Source: the human T2T-CHM13v2.0 reference genome, Homo sapiens. Taken from it: 64,000 nucleotides of DNA. The notes under the pieces were generated by a model. That model was given only the letters and a program-made list of their open reading frames with translations. It did no database searches and was not told the origin of the DNA. Every line of letters starts with the position of its first letter. Positions within the stretch are counted from its first letter, which is position 1. This document shows positions 46,260 through 60,100 of this stretch, one piece after another. The position numbers were made by a program, and so were the translations under genes. The stretch lies in NCBI RefSeq assembly GCF_009914755.1, contig NC_060927.1; one strand, given 5' to 3'.

Positions 46260-46575
46260 GGCATTTCAGTCATTTAATATTTGTTGTCTACTGTCAGGTT
46301 TAGAATGTTGTCCATTCTAAACCTTTGTAAGCACTGAAATTGTCTCTGCCCTCATAGAACTTATATTTTACTTGGGGAGACAGCATCCAATAACCATGTG
46401 AATACCTACCTGCAAACCGATAAATGCTATTTTAAAATATGGGGAGAAGGAGCCATAAGATTTTATAAAAGGAGATGTGATATAGCCCAGAGATCAGTTT
46501 GAAATGGGATCTGAAAGGTATGGGAAGTATTCCAGTATGGGGCACAGCAAGTGCAAAGGTCCAAAAGCAGCTGTG
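46260..46575 (-). mobile_element. L2 3' fragment
   Basis: tctctgccctcatagaacttata...ggggagacag...cagcaagtgcaaaggtcc. Confidence 0.6.
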
Positions 46576-46584
46576 AGATCAGCA

Positions 46585-47765
46585 CCCACTCCCCCCTACA
46601 ACATTCCTGTTTGTTTCTAGACCTATAACTAGACTAAAGTCCCAGCGGGCCCCAGAGGTGAGGTTGAGAGTGTGACCCATGAGGAAGTATGCTACACTCA
46701 AAAAGAACTGTTTGAGTTTTCCAGTTTATATAAACAGAAATCTGGAGAACAGGCATGGGAATGTACATTAAGGGTGTAGGATAATGGTGGAAGGAACACA
46801 GAGTTAGATCAGGCTGAATTTATTGATTTGGGCCCACTAAGTAGGGACTCTGCATTTAGTGTTGCAGCTAGAGGAGTTAAAACAGGTTCTAGTGGTTTAT
46901 TTGCTTGGTTGGCTGAAATACGGATTAAAAGATGGCACACTATGAGCAAATTGGAAATACCTGATCTCCCTTGGTTTAATGTAGAGGAAGGAATCCAAAG
47001 GCTTAGGAAGATTGGGATGGTGGAATGGATTAGTCACTTTAGATCTACTCATCCCAACTGGGAGGGTCCAGAAGATACACCCTTGACCAATGCCTTGCAA
47101 ACAGATTTGTGAGGGCAGCACCTGCATCTTTCAAGAGCCCTATAATTGCTCTTCTCTACAAGTCAGATCTAACAGTGGGAACCGCAGTCACTCAACTACA
47201 AATATTTAAATACGATGGGAACAGTTGGATCCCGAGGTGGCAGGGGCCAAGTGGCAACACAAAACTGTCAAAGGCAAGGTGGGCATAGCTACCATAATAG
47301 ACAGCAGTGGCAAAGCAGCAATCAGAATAGTCTGATTCACGTAGAGCTTTGGCATTGACTAATTAATCATGGTGTTCCTAGAAGCGAAAGTGATAGGAAG
47401 CCTACTGCATTCCTACCTAATTTACACAAGCAGAAAACTTCTAGGTCAAATGGGCAAAAGACTAATTTGAATCATAAAAACAGAGAATCGGGCCAGGCAC
47501 AGTGGCTCACACCTGTAATCCCATCACTTTGGAAGGCTGAGACAGGCAGATCACGAGGTCAGGAGACAGCCATCCTGGCTAACACGGTGAAACTCCGTCT
47601 CTACTAAAAATACAAAAAATTAGCCAGGTGTGGTGGCGGGCGCCTGTAGTCCCAGCTACTCAGGAGGCTGAGGCAGGAGAATGGCGTGAACCCAGGAGGC
47701 AGAGCTTGCAGTGAGCCGAGATTGCGCCACTGTACTCCAGACTGGGCTACAAAGAAAGGATCTGT

Positions 47766-47820
<55 letters not shown>

Positions 47821-48000
47821 CCAGAGAATCATGGCCCCTCAATTAATTTCCAGGCTTGAGATAGTTTACAGATCCAGAAACTCTTGAATGAAAGCAAGGC
47901 CAGGTCCCTTTGAGGAAGGACCCCACTATATTACCGACAATTTATGCAGTGAATCTTTCTCAAATCCTTCCCCAAGGAGACCTCCAGCCTTTTACCAGGG
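46585..48000 (+). pseudogene. gag: ERV-L gag remnant (Alu-interrupted)
   Basis: ORF 46828-47112 ...LEIPDLPWFNVEEGIQRLRKIGMVEWI...GPEDTPLTNAL. Confidence 0.8.
47491..47818 (+). mobile_element. AluY-like inserted in gag, pure A52 tail
   Basis: gagaatggcgtgaaccc, gagcttgcagtgag; TSD cagagaatc; A run 47767-47818. Confidence 0.95.
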
Positions 48001-50535
48001 TAACTGTGCACTGGGGAAAGAGAAATGATCAGACATTTCGGGGGACTACTGGACACTGGCTCTGAGCTCACATTGATTCCAGGGACCCAAAACTTCATTG
48101 TGGTCCTCCAGTTAAAGTAGGGGCTTATGGAGGTCAAGTAATTATTGGAGTTTCAGCTCAAGTCCGACCTACAGTGGGTCCAGTGGGTCCCCTGACTCAG
48201 CCAATGGTCATTTCCCCAGTGCTGGAATGCATAATTGGCATAGGTAAACTTAGCAGCTGGCTGAACCCCCACATTGGCTGACTGGTATAGTGAGGGCTAT
48301 TATGGTGGGAAAGGCCAAATGGAAGCCATTAGAGCTGCCTCTACCTAGAAAAATAGTAAACAAAAATAATATTGAATCCTTGGAGGGATTGCAGAGATTA
48401 CTGCCATCATCAAGGACTTCAAAGACACAGGGGTGGTGATTCCCACTACATCCCCATTCAACTCTCCTATTTGGCCTATGCAGAAGACAAATAGATCTTG
48501 GAGAATGACAGTAGATTATCGTAAGCTTAACCAAGTAGTGGCTCCAAATGCAGCTGCTGTACCAGATGTGGTTTCATTGTTTGAGCAAATTAACACATCT
48601 CCTGGTACATGGTATGCAGCCATTGACCTGGCAAATGCCTTTTTCTCCATTCCTGTCCATAAGGCCCACCAGAAGCAATTTACCTTCAGCTGGCAAGGCC
48701 AGCAATATACCTTTATTGTCCTGATATACTCAGGGGTATATCAACTCTCCAGCTTTATGTCATAATCTTATTCGGAGAGATTTCGACAGCTTTTTGCTTC
48801 CGTAAGATATCATACTGGTCCATTACATTGATGACATTATGCTCACTGGATCCAGCGAGAAAGAAGTAGCAAACACACTGGACTTATTGGTGAGACATTT
48901 GCGTGTCAGAGGATGGGAAGTAAATGTGACTAAAATTCAGGGACTTTCTACTTCAGTAAAATTTCTAGGGGTCCAATGCTGTGGGGCCTGTGGAGATCCA
49001 AAGGCTTATCTTCTAAGGTGAAGGATAAGTTGCGGCATTTGGCACCTCCTACAAACAAGAAAGAGGCACAACACCTAGTGGATCTATTTGGATTTTGGAG
49101 GCAATACATTCCTCATCTGGGTTTGTTACTCCAGCTCATTTGTCAAGTGACCTGAAAGGCTGCCAGTTTTGAATGGGGTCCAGAACAGGAGAAGGCTCTG
49201 CAACAAGTCCGAGCTATTGTGCAAGCTGCTCTGCCACTTGGGCCATATGACCCAGCAGATCCAGTGGTCCTTGAGGTGTCAGTGGCAGATAGAGATGCTA
49301 TTTGGAGCCTTTAGCAGGCTCCCACAGGTGAATCACAGTGGAGCCCTCTAGGATTTTGGAGCAAGGCCCTGCCATCTTCTGTAGATAACTACTCTCCTTT
49401 TGAGAGACAGCTTTTGGCCTGTTACTAGGCTTTTGTGGAAACTGAATGTTTGACTATGGGTCATCAAGTCACCATGCTACCTGAACTGCCTATTGTGAAC
49501 TGGGTGCTTTCTGACTCATCTAGCCATAAAGTGGGTCGTGCACAGAAGCATTATATCATCAAATCCAAGTGGTATACACATGATCGGACTCAAGCAGGTC
49601 CTGAAGGCACAAGTAAGTTACATGAGGAAGTAGCTCAAATGCCCATGTTCTCCGATCCTGCCACCCTGCCTTCTCTCCCTCAGTTTGCACCGATGACCTC
49701 ATGGGGAGTTCCCTATGATCAGTTGACAGAGGAATAGAAGATTAGGTGACCTCAGCAGAGGAGGATTTTAATAATCAAGTGGCTAAGATGACCCTTTCTG
49801 TGGACAACACTCAGCCTCTTTCCCCAGCTGCCCCTGTCATCACCCAATGGGCCCATGAACAAAGTGGTCATGGTGGCAGGGATGGAGGTTACACACGGGC
49901 TCAATAACATGGACTTCCACTCACCAAGGCTGACCTGGCTACGGCCACTGCTGAGTGCCCAATTTGCCAGCAGCAGAGACCAACACTGAGCCCTCGATAT
50001 GGCACCATTTCTCAGGGTGATCAGCCAGCTACCTGGTGACAGGTTGATTATACTGGACCTGTTCCACGATGGAAAGGGCAGAGGTTTGTCCTCACTGGAA
50101 CAGACACTTACTCCGCTTATGGGTTTGCCTATCCTGCACGCAATGCTTCTGCCAAGACTAGCACCCATGTACTCATGGAATGCCTTATCCACTGTCATGG
50201 TATTCCACACAGCACCCTCTGACCAAGGCACTCATTTTACAGCTAAAGAAGTGCAGCGGTGGGCTTATGCTCATGGAATTCACTGGTCTTCCTATGTTCC
50301 CCATCATCCTAAAGCAGCTAGATTGATAGAACAGTGGAATGGCCTTTTGAAGTCACAATTACAACGCCAACTAGGTGACAATACTTTGCAAGGCTTGGGC
50401 AAAGTTCTCCAGAAGGCTGTGTATGCTCTGAATCGGCGTCTAATATATGGTACTGTTTCTCCCATAGCCATGATTCACGGCTCTAGGAATCAAAGGGTGG
50501 AAGTGGAAGTGGCACCACTCACCAATCACCCCTAG
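48000..50535 (+). pseudogene. pol: ERV-L pro-pol remnant (protease, RT, connection, integrase)
   Basis: LLDTGS (DTG 48052-48060); WRMTVDYRKLN, IDLANAFFSIP; YIDD 48824-48835; HHCC (WAHEQSGH...CPIC); SDQGTHF; LIEQWNGLLK. Confidence 0.93.
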
Positions 50536-50554
50536 TGATCCACTAGCAAAATTT

Positions 50555-51007
50555 TTGCTTCCTGTTCTCATGACATTAAGTTCTGCTGGCCTAGAAATCA
50601 TAGTTCCAGAGGTAGGAACGATGGCACCAGGAGACACAACAATGATTCCATTAAATTGGAAGTTAAGATTGCCACCTGGACACTTTGGGCACCTCCTACC
50701 TTTAAGCCAACAGGCTAAGAAAGGAGTTATAGTGTTGGCTGGGGTGAATGACCTGGACTATCAAGATGAAATCAGTGTACTACTCCACAACAGAGGAAAG
50801 GAAGAGTGTGCATGGAATACAGGAAATCCATTAGGGCGTCTCTTAGTATTACCATGCCTTGTGATTAAGGTCAATGGGAAACAGCTCAATCCAGGCAGGA
50901 CTACAAACGGTCCAGAACCCTTAGGAATGAAGGTCTGGGTCACTCCACCAGGAAAAAAACCACAACCTGTTGAGGTGCTTGCTGAAGGCAAAGGGAATAC
51001 AGAATAG
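50555..51007 (+). pseudogene. dut: ERV-L dUTPase-like domain plus C-terminal pol region, stop-free frame
   Basis: AGLEI..PGDTTMIPLNWKLRLPPGHFGHLLPLSQ..AGVNDLDYQDEISVLLHN..GRLLVLP resembles dUTPase motifs 1-4. Confidence 0.8.
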
Positions 51008-51392
51008 GTAGTAGTAAAAGGTAGTCATCAATACCAGCTACAGAATCAATACCAGCTACAGTGACCAGCTGTAGAAACATGGACTGTAATTGTCATGAAT
51101 ATTTCCTCCTTCTGTTAGAAACATGTTTGTGCATGTATACACTTGTACTAAGAAAATACCTTCATTTCCTTTCTCCTTTATCACATGACATAGATTTACC
51201 GACTTCATATCAGCATTTAAGTAATGTTAACTATATGTAATAGTATTTGGGTTGGGGATTGGTGCATTTCCAGTTGTACAAAGGATAGTTGTATTATGTT
51301 AGGTGTAATTATGACCTTATTATCATCTTTATTTAAGGATTATGTATGATCTCAGGAGATGCGAATGGGTTCCAATTGACAAGGGGTGGACG

Positions 51393-51831
51393 TGTGATGG
51401 TTAATACGGAGTGTCAACTTGATTAAAATGAAGGATACAAAGTATTGATCCTGGGTGTGTCTGCAAGGGTGCTGCCAAAGGAGATTACCATTTGAGGCAG
51501 TGGGCTGGGAAAGGCAGACCCACCCTTAATCTGGGTGGGCACAATCTAATCAGCTGCCAGCACAGCTAGAATATAAGCAGGCAGAAAAGTGTAAAAAGAG
51601 AGACTGGCCTAGCCTCCCAGCCTACATCTTTCTCTCGTGCTAGATGCTTCTTGCCCTTGAACATCGGACTCCAAGTTCTTGGTTTTAGAACTCAAACTAG
51701 CTCTTCTTGCTCCTCAGCCTGCAAGCAGCCTATTGTGGGACCTTGTGATCATTTCAGTTAACACTTAAAAACCTCCCCTTTATATATATATTTATTCCAT
51801 TAGTTCTGTCCCTCTAGAGAACCCGAATACA
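51393..51831 (+). mobile_element. MLT2A (MLT2A1-like) 3' LTR
   Basis: Follows PPT gacaaggggtggacg; tgtgatggttaatac...ttagttctgtccctctagagaaccc..aataca. Confidence 0.92.
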
Positions 51832-52074
51832 CTGGGTTAGAAATAAATTTAGAATTTGCCAGGATATGGGTAGTTTAATAAAAATGGAGGCCCACATTCT
51901 CTTCCCAAAGGAAAATCTCTTCACACATCCAATAACTTCCTAGTTTCTAGCTATCATACCACAACAAAAAAGCATATGATATTTTATAGTCTGGGAAACT
52001 CATTTAGCCTAAAATTGGTTAACTCCATGGGGCATATTTGCATTCTATGTCTTATCTTAAATGCTGAATAAGAG

Positions 52075-52500
52075 TTACCATTTATTGAAATGCCTACTCT
52101 GGGATAGAGCTATACTAAGCATTCTAAAAATATGCTTTAGGTCATCAATCTTCACAGTAATCTTAAAATGTAAGAATTATCAAGCCCATTTTTCAGATGA
52201 GGACACTGAAGTTATGGAAGTGTAAAGTCATTAGAAAAGCAAGTAAGTGATAAAAGTCATACTTCCAATTTAAGGCTCCCTGAACCCACACCCCAAGCCC
52301 TTTCCACTAAAAAGTAGGACGGCATGTGTAGTGTCAAGAGTCTGAGCTTTAAAATAAATCAATCTTAGTTACAATCCTGGCCAGTACTTCCTACTGGCAG
52401 TATTTCCTCACCAGTAATACCTACCTTGCTAGAAGTGTTAACATTTTTGAAAATGTTAAGTGAAGATTCTGACACGATACATAGGGTTGTGCATCACTAT
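52075..52500. mobile_element. MIR fragments
   Basis: tttattgaaatgcctact...cccatttttcagatgaggacactga; second piece in opposite orientation. Confidence 0.6.
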
Positions 52501-52737
52501 TAATGTCACATGTTCCTCTACCATAGGAGTGCCAGCTGAGGAAAGACTTAGAGCAGAAGGCTATTCACAGATCTCATTGTTCTAAGGCTGACCTGTAAGC
52601 TTTGAAAATTTCATGGTATAGAGAATGGCAGGTCATTAGGAACAGCTTACTTCCATCCTTTCCCCATGTGGAAAAAAAGGGGTTCCATCAGAAAAGTCAG
52701 AGGCCAATAGCCTAAAAACCATCAGTAGGGAATTCAG

Positions 52738-52835
52738 CAGTGGTCCTAAAACTTTAGTGTGCATATTAACAATCACTTGAGAAGCTTATTAAAATGGAGA
52801 TTCACAATCAGATTCTCCCAAATATTCTGATGCGT
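52738..52835. mobile_element. MER5-like fragment
   Basis: cagtggtcctaaaactttagtgtgcat...aatcacttgagaagcttattaaaatg. Confidence 0.55.
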
Positions 52836-52838
52836 TAG

Positions 52839-53163
<325 letters not shown>

Positions 53164-53169
53164 GGTGGA

Positions 53170-53272
53170 TAATGGCTTGAACCCAGGAGGCGGAGGTTGC
53201 AGTGAGCAGATTTGCCCTCCAGACCAGGCAACAATGAGAGACTCCATCTCAAAAAAAAAAAAAAAAAAAAAG
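53170..53272 (+). mobile_element. Alu 3' fragment directly abutting the previous Alu in opposite orientation
   Basis: aatggcttgaacccaggaggcggaggttgcagtgagc...gagactccatctc-A tail. Confidence 0.9.
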
Positions 53273-53824
53273 AATAAAAGCTTACATATAGCCCTGCTTG
53301 GTGACACCAATGGGCACTAACATACACTGGTACCAAAGCAGTATTCAGGACAGAAAATGTCTACCATACTCCCCAACACTGCCAATCACTCAAAATATTA
53401 AAAGGATGTCCACTTTCCCTTCTGCATGAACTACAACTGTCACTATGGAACACTGATGACCCGACAGCTCCCATTAACCTGATCTATTGGCACACTAAGT
53501 CAGGTCTGGCAATAATGTTCTGGTGACTTACAGATTCTAATAAATTATAAAACTCTAAACTTTCACCCAAGGTTAACAGAACTTATTTTTTAATTTTGAA
53601 ATTTTAAGATGATATGATTCTTTCAAGGCTTATCTGTGAAGTTATATGTAGGCAGCTGTAGTTTTTAAATTATTGCGTAGTATTTCCTTGTATTCTTCTA
53701 AAAACAAAGATACCCACTCAAGTTTATTTGTTTGCTTTTACCCTATGACTTACATCATGACCGTGCTAGGGAATAAAAGGCCAAAGATAGTAAAAGTTCC
53801 TTGAAAATGGACTTTAGTAAAAAG

Positions 53825-54045
53825 AACATCTATTGAGTGCTTACTATGATATTGATATTTATATGGAGTATCTCATTTAATGCCTACCCTTCCTCCCTGT
53901 CTCCTCCCCCAGAAAAACAGATAAGAGAAACTCAGAAACACTAACTTGCCCAAGATCTTATAACTAACAAATGGTAAAGCTGGGATTTGAACCCAAGCAA
54001 TCTGACCCCAGTATCCATTTAGTCTTAACCATTACACCATGCTAT
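53825..54045 (-). mobile_element. MIR
   Basis: tattgagtgcttactatg...aacttgcccaagatc...gctgggatttgaaccca. Confidence 0.75.
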
Positions 54046-55675
54046 ACTGATTTAAAAGGAATTGTAACTATGGGAAACTTGGTTTACATTATCATTACCC
54101 ACTCTGTTCATGAAATTTCTTCAACTTTATAAACTTTTATACAGCCAAATATCCCCAAAGTAATGACATAAGTCTGTCCCTCTGGTTTTTATGTTAAATG
54201 AAATGCTTCCAAGGTGTTCTAATAATTAAAACATAACTTCCAAAATGACTCTTAATCTCATATTAGTATATAACATATTTTTGTCCCAAATACTCACAGT
54301 CATTTTCCACTAACCATAGTTGGTACTAAATTAGATCCCACACTACCCTAAGCTCCATGCAGAACAAAAACTAATGCATGTATAATGTAAAACGAGAATT
54401 TTTTTGAAATTCAAACATTGTATCTTCCCGTATTACTCCTGATGCCAACTAGGTAACCTCTCTTCTATATATCCTGGTTCCATATAGGCTCAAGCTCTGG
54501 ATACCAAGTTCAATTTAGCTTAAAATAAGAAATAAGGTAGCCATTCCCTGCCCCCCCGCCCCCCAACCCCAGCCCATCACTCTATCTAAATGGGCCAAAA
54601 GAGGCTGGGTCAATTCTTAGAATTGCTTTGGGCACTTGAGGTTTATTCCTATCTTAAAGACCAGTCAAATTGTCTGAGAAGTGAGAAAATTTCAGGAACT
54701 ACGGTTTCCCTAAAGAAGCTGCAGATTCAACTTGACTCCAAGAGATGAAAAATTCCCTTAAGCTTACATTAGTCTTTGTTCATTTCCTGTGGTAGGCATA
54801 AGGCATGGGAGTTTTCAAAACTGACTTCTTCACAACACAATAAAAAGACAAGTATATTTTATATTAAAGGATTCTCTTCTTGTAAGTATGTCCTTGGAAC
54901 TAAGATAAAAACAAGATTTTTGAAGAAATTATTTTGGATTAAATGGGCTGGAAACTTTAAGCACTGTTCATAACTTTGTTTTATATTCTAAATTCTCAGT
55001 TCCAGACTTCTTATTCTGCATCTCATTAACTACTCCTTATATTATAACATTTGTTTCAGAGTTCTTTTTTTTAAATCTATTCCCTTTTTATAATATCACC
55101 TGTCTGTCACCTTTTATCCAATACACACTGTAATCCATTTTCTTCAAACTGCAAAAAGAAAAACTCAAACCAAACCAAAACTGTTTGTGCTGCAAGAAAA
55201 CCAATGAAAAGTAGTCACTGTCCCAAATCATTCTGGAATTCTGAGGATGCTTTACTTCTTAGAAAATAAGAGGGCAACACTATTTAAAACCAGAGACAAA
55301 ACAGGTAAGTTAGCTCTTCAAATGACTCAGTAATTTAGATATATCTTTTCTGCTTTTGGCTTATCACTTTCCATCACTTACTTTACTACCACACTTCCTT
55401 TATTGAGCTCACTGCCTATTAGCTCCCTCACACAAAAAATAAAGGAAATCTAAACTGGATTTCAAAATGGTTGGATAATTATCAGGAACTTAGTGAGAAA
55501 CATAGCTTTAAGGGTCAGGTACAGTACCAATAACCAAACTAGAATTGTGGCTATGGAGGACTGAGAAACAAAAGAACAGAGAAATGGTAGTACATAGAGA
55601 AATAACAAAAGTAAGTTTAGTAAATTTCCAAGGTTTCTAATCTAGGCATTAGGAAGGTTATTTGTGCCATGAAAG

Positions 55676-56405
55676 TGATACAGACAGGAGGCAGGGAAGT
55701 ACTAGGTAAAAGGGGGATGTTCCCCCACAAAGGCCCCACCCTCAAGCCTGGAAACCACAGCCCCAAATGAAAAGTTATCCCTGTTTCCCCGCCCAAATGT
55801 TGCTTTTTCCAAAACCACCCTGGCCCACCACACACCCATCATGTACCCATAAAACCCCCCAAACTCCACTGACACAAGAGCAGAGAGGCGCAGCAGAGGA
55901 GGAGAGAAGAGAATAAGCACCTGAAGGTCGAGAGGAGTTCGGTTGGGGATGATCAGAGTTTGGCTGGGGGCGGTTGAACTCCACGGGAAGATTATCTTCC
56001 CAACCCATCCCCTTTCCAGCTCCCCATTCCACTGAGAGCCACCTCCATCACTCAATAAAATCTCCGCATCCTTCAAGTCCATATGACTTGATTCTTCCTG
56101 GATGCCGAACAAGAACCCGGGTACAAAGAAGGCAGTGTATAAAATGCTGCCACCCTGACTTTCCATTGAGCTGGTTAACACTTAGCCATCTACGGATGGC
56201 AACTGCAAAGACAGTATTAATTGTAACACACCCCTAGACCTGTCATGGGTCCAGAGGAGCCCAAAAGTGCTCACTCCAGCTCTGGCTCTCGATCACCTGC
56301 ATGCTCCCCCTCCTGCAAGGGGTCTGAGCAAGGTGGCGGCCAAGTAAGCAAGCCACACCCCTGTCTAAAGTCCTGCCTAGGGGTCAAGGGAACTTTCCCA
56401 TCTCA
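55676..56405 (+). mobile_element. ERV1 solo LTR, MER50-like
   Basis: tgatacagacaggaggcaggg...caataaaa...gggaactttcccatctca; perfect 4-bp TSD aaag. Confidence 0.85.
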
Positions 56406-56763
56406 AAAGGTATAAAAGGGAAATGAGGGGGATGGGGAAAAGGTTGATCAGGGAAAAAAAGCAGGATACTATATGTCCCCAAAACCTACCTCAGTATCTT
56501 GCACCCCAATTAAGGTATGTTAAAGATAAAGGAATGAGTGAATGATATCAATTCTAATTTTGCTAACTTTTATAACGGTAAATAATTTGAATTCTCTGAC
56601 TAAACTGAAGCTGAGAAAATAGATCTTACCACTAATTCCACAGGTATTTTGAGATTTTGAGAAAGTCCCCTTGGTTCTAAACAGCATTTCAAACCTAGAC
56701 ATATCTCCAAATGAATACGCTCTCTTAGAAGTTGTCAAGTTGTGATCTCTATGATTCATATAA

Positions 56764-56790
56764 TATGTTATGTTATGTTATGTTATGTTA
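56764..56790. repeat. (TATGT)n microsatellite
   Basis: About 5 units. Confidence 0.85.
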
Positions 56791-57754
56791 ATAACGGAGG
56801 TGATAGGTGTATATAAACCAACTGAATTGTCAGGTTTGCATTTTGATTACTTGTTTAGTAGGTTTCTAACAAACTAGTAAAATATATACATGAAGGTCAC
56901 ATGTATTTATTAATGCTAGTGTTTCAGTCTGTCTGCTAGCTCAATAAATCAGCAGTGAATTAATTCATATTGCTAATGTCATTTTTTGCTACTAAGGATA
57001 ATTTTTAAAGGTATTCTTCAAAAACACCTTTAAAATATTTAAAGATTCCATGCAAGATTATTACTATGGTCTCATCGCAGTAAAATGTTTAAAAATAATA
57101 ATATTCAAAATTCCATAAGAAAAATGTTCGATGAGGTTAAACTATTATAAAGCAGTAAAATGAAATGAGAGGGAAATTATAAAAATGATGTCATATGACA
57201 AGACTTTTGGTTTTCTAACCAAAAGGGGTCATAACTTTTTTTCTTTAAGTTTAATATTTTCTATTTTGGATTCTGGAAATTCAGTAAAAGCTCTAAGTCA
57301 GTTGGTTATTACTCTCCAAGAGCAGAAGCCAAAATAAGGCACCTAGCCCTTAGGACATTTGAAAGACCGGGCGGGGGAAAAAAACTGCCCAAAGTCAATC
57401 TTTTTTTAAAATAATCCTTGAAATATTTCGTGTTTGTCTTTACATTTTATTCTCTTATCCAAGTTAACAGAATAAGGAAGTGATAGTAAATTCATGGTTA
57501 ACTACCATGCTTCTACAAGGATGAATTTCAAGAAGACTGATAATCCTACTTAGAATAATAGCCTTCCCAGTCCTCCCTACAGGACCACCCATAAGTGAAT
57601 AAATTCTGGGCCATCTCCTAAACACATGCTGGAAGGAAAAATGCCTTGAAGATTGGTCACCTATTCTAAAACTGTTGCTGCTTTTAAACATGGTAGCCTA
57701 TATAGTCATTGAAATAACAACTACCTTTCACTGAAACATTCAGAAATGCCCTCA

Positions 57755-58086
<332 letters not shown>

Positions 58087-58348
58087 TTAAAATGAACTTT
58101 TAAACTTATAACTGCCCTTGTGAGCAATGCCTAATGAGATTAATTCCTTAGCCCATGATACCTGGGGTTGGGATGAGTGAGGGTGGAGGAAGATATCCTA
58201 GACTCCACTTTTTGTTTTTAGAAACTTGTCATTTCATTTAATTCCCATACAACTCTCTGTAGGGGAAAACCCCACGTTATTATTAACATTATTCCCACTT
58301 ATACAGATGAAGAAATGTAGGCATTGTTAAGTAAACTAACTTATTTAA

Positions 58349-58675
<327 letters not shown>

Positions 58676-59080
58676 AATAAGTGGTATTAACTCAGGTTTG
58701 TGATATTCCACAACCCATAACCTTTATACAACACGACAATGCCTTTAAGTATACCTATCAGTAATGTGTATCAAAACCCATGTGGTGAATTAAAGTGACT
58801 CCCTTATCTGTCTCAATGGAATACCTTGGAAACCTGAAGTTCGTGTCTTCTATACCCATGCGCTCATAACATTGAAATGTGTGATTCATGGAGCTCAGAC
58901 ATTGATTTCCTCTGACTTATCTTCACTCCGAAATACACGATCCCTGGTGCTCAGTACTAAAAGAAAGCTCTCTCTGAAAATGTAGATAGCTAAGCTCTGT
59001 GCTTCAGTCAATGTGATGAGCATTAAGATTAAACATTCTAAATGACAACTCCTAGACTTTTTTCAAAATGTTACTCTTGA

Positions 59081-59420
<340 letters not shown>

Positions 59421-60091
59421 GACAATCAGATTTTTTAATGGCATTCCTCACTTAAATCCTTAAAGCCAGTGTGCAGGTTGGCCAGACGGAACCAAAATAC
59501 ATCCTGAGCCTCACTAGTATAAATGTGGAATGAACACAGACAAATGCCTAAGTAAGTCTTCAAGTACCAAATTAGCATACTAACATTAAATAATAGCAAA
59601 CTTCCCTAGAAAATTCAGATCTGTGGACTATCTCCATCCTCTCTCCAAAGAAAATAGGTGTAAACAGGAAGAGTTCCAAAAAGATTCTTTAAGTTTTTTG
59701 GTTTTTTTTTTTTTTTTTTGAGACAGGGTCTTGCTCTGTCACCCAGGCTGGAGTGTGGTGATATGATTACAGCTCACTGCAGCCTCAACCTCCTTGGCTC
59801 AACTGATTCTCTCATGATGAGACAGGAGTTTGGCAGGACTGGTTTTACAAGGTACAAATCACAAAGACCCCACTGGTAAAATGAGATGCGTAAAGCAGCC
59901 AGAAGAACGCACAAAAACCAAGATGGCAACGAAAGCAACCTCTGGTCATCCTTAAGGTTCTTATACATTAGCATGGTAAAAGACACTCTCACCAGTGCCA
60001 TGACAGTTTACAAATGACATGGTAACATCTGGAATCTACCCTATATGATTAAAAGGGGGAGGAACTCTCAGTTCCGGAATTCCCCACCCCT

Positions 60092-60100
60092 TTCCCGGAA
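60092..60100. promoter_or_regulatory. GAS/STAT motif TTCCCGGAA within MER41
   Basis: Exact TTCnnnGAA match; function not shown. Confidence 0.5.

Larger units (their letters stand above)
46585..51831 (+). mobile_element. Defective HERV-L provirus, 5'-truncated, with 3' LTR
   Basis: Order gag-pro-RT-IN-dUTPase, no env, PPT then MLT2A LTR; many stops and frameshifts. Confidence 0.95.

Noticed and set aside
49752-50991. Minus-strand ORFs (159, 65 and 76 aa) over the ERV
   Set aside because: Antisense shadows of pol/dut with no recognisable motifs
51008-51392. Possible env gene
   Set aside because: Only ~380 nt between pol end and LTR; ERV-L lacks env
55617-56237. Cluster of overlapping ORFs up to 159 aa
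   Set aside because: Lies within a GC-richer MER50-like LTR where stops are rarer
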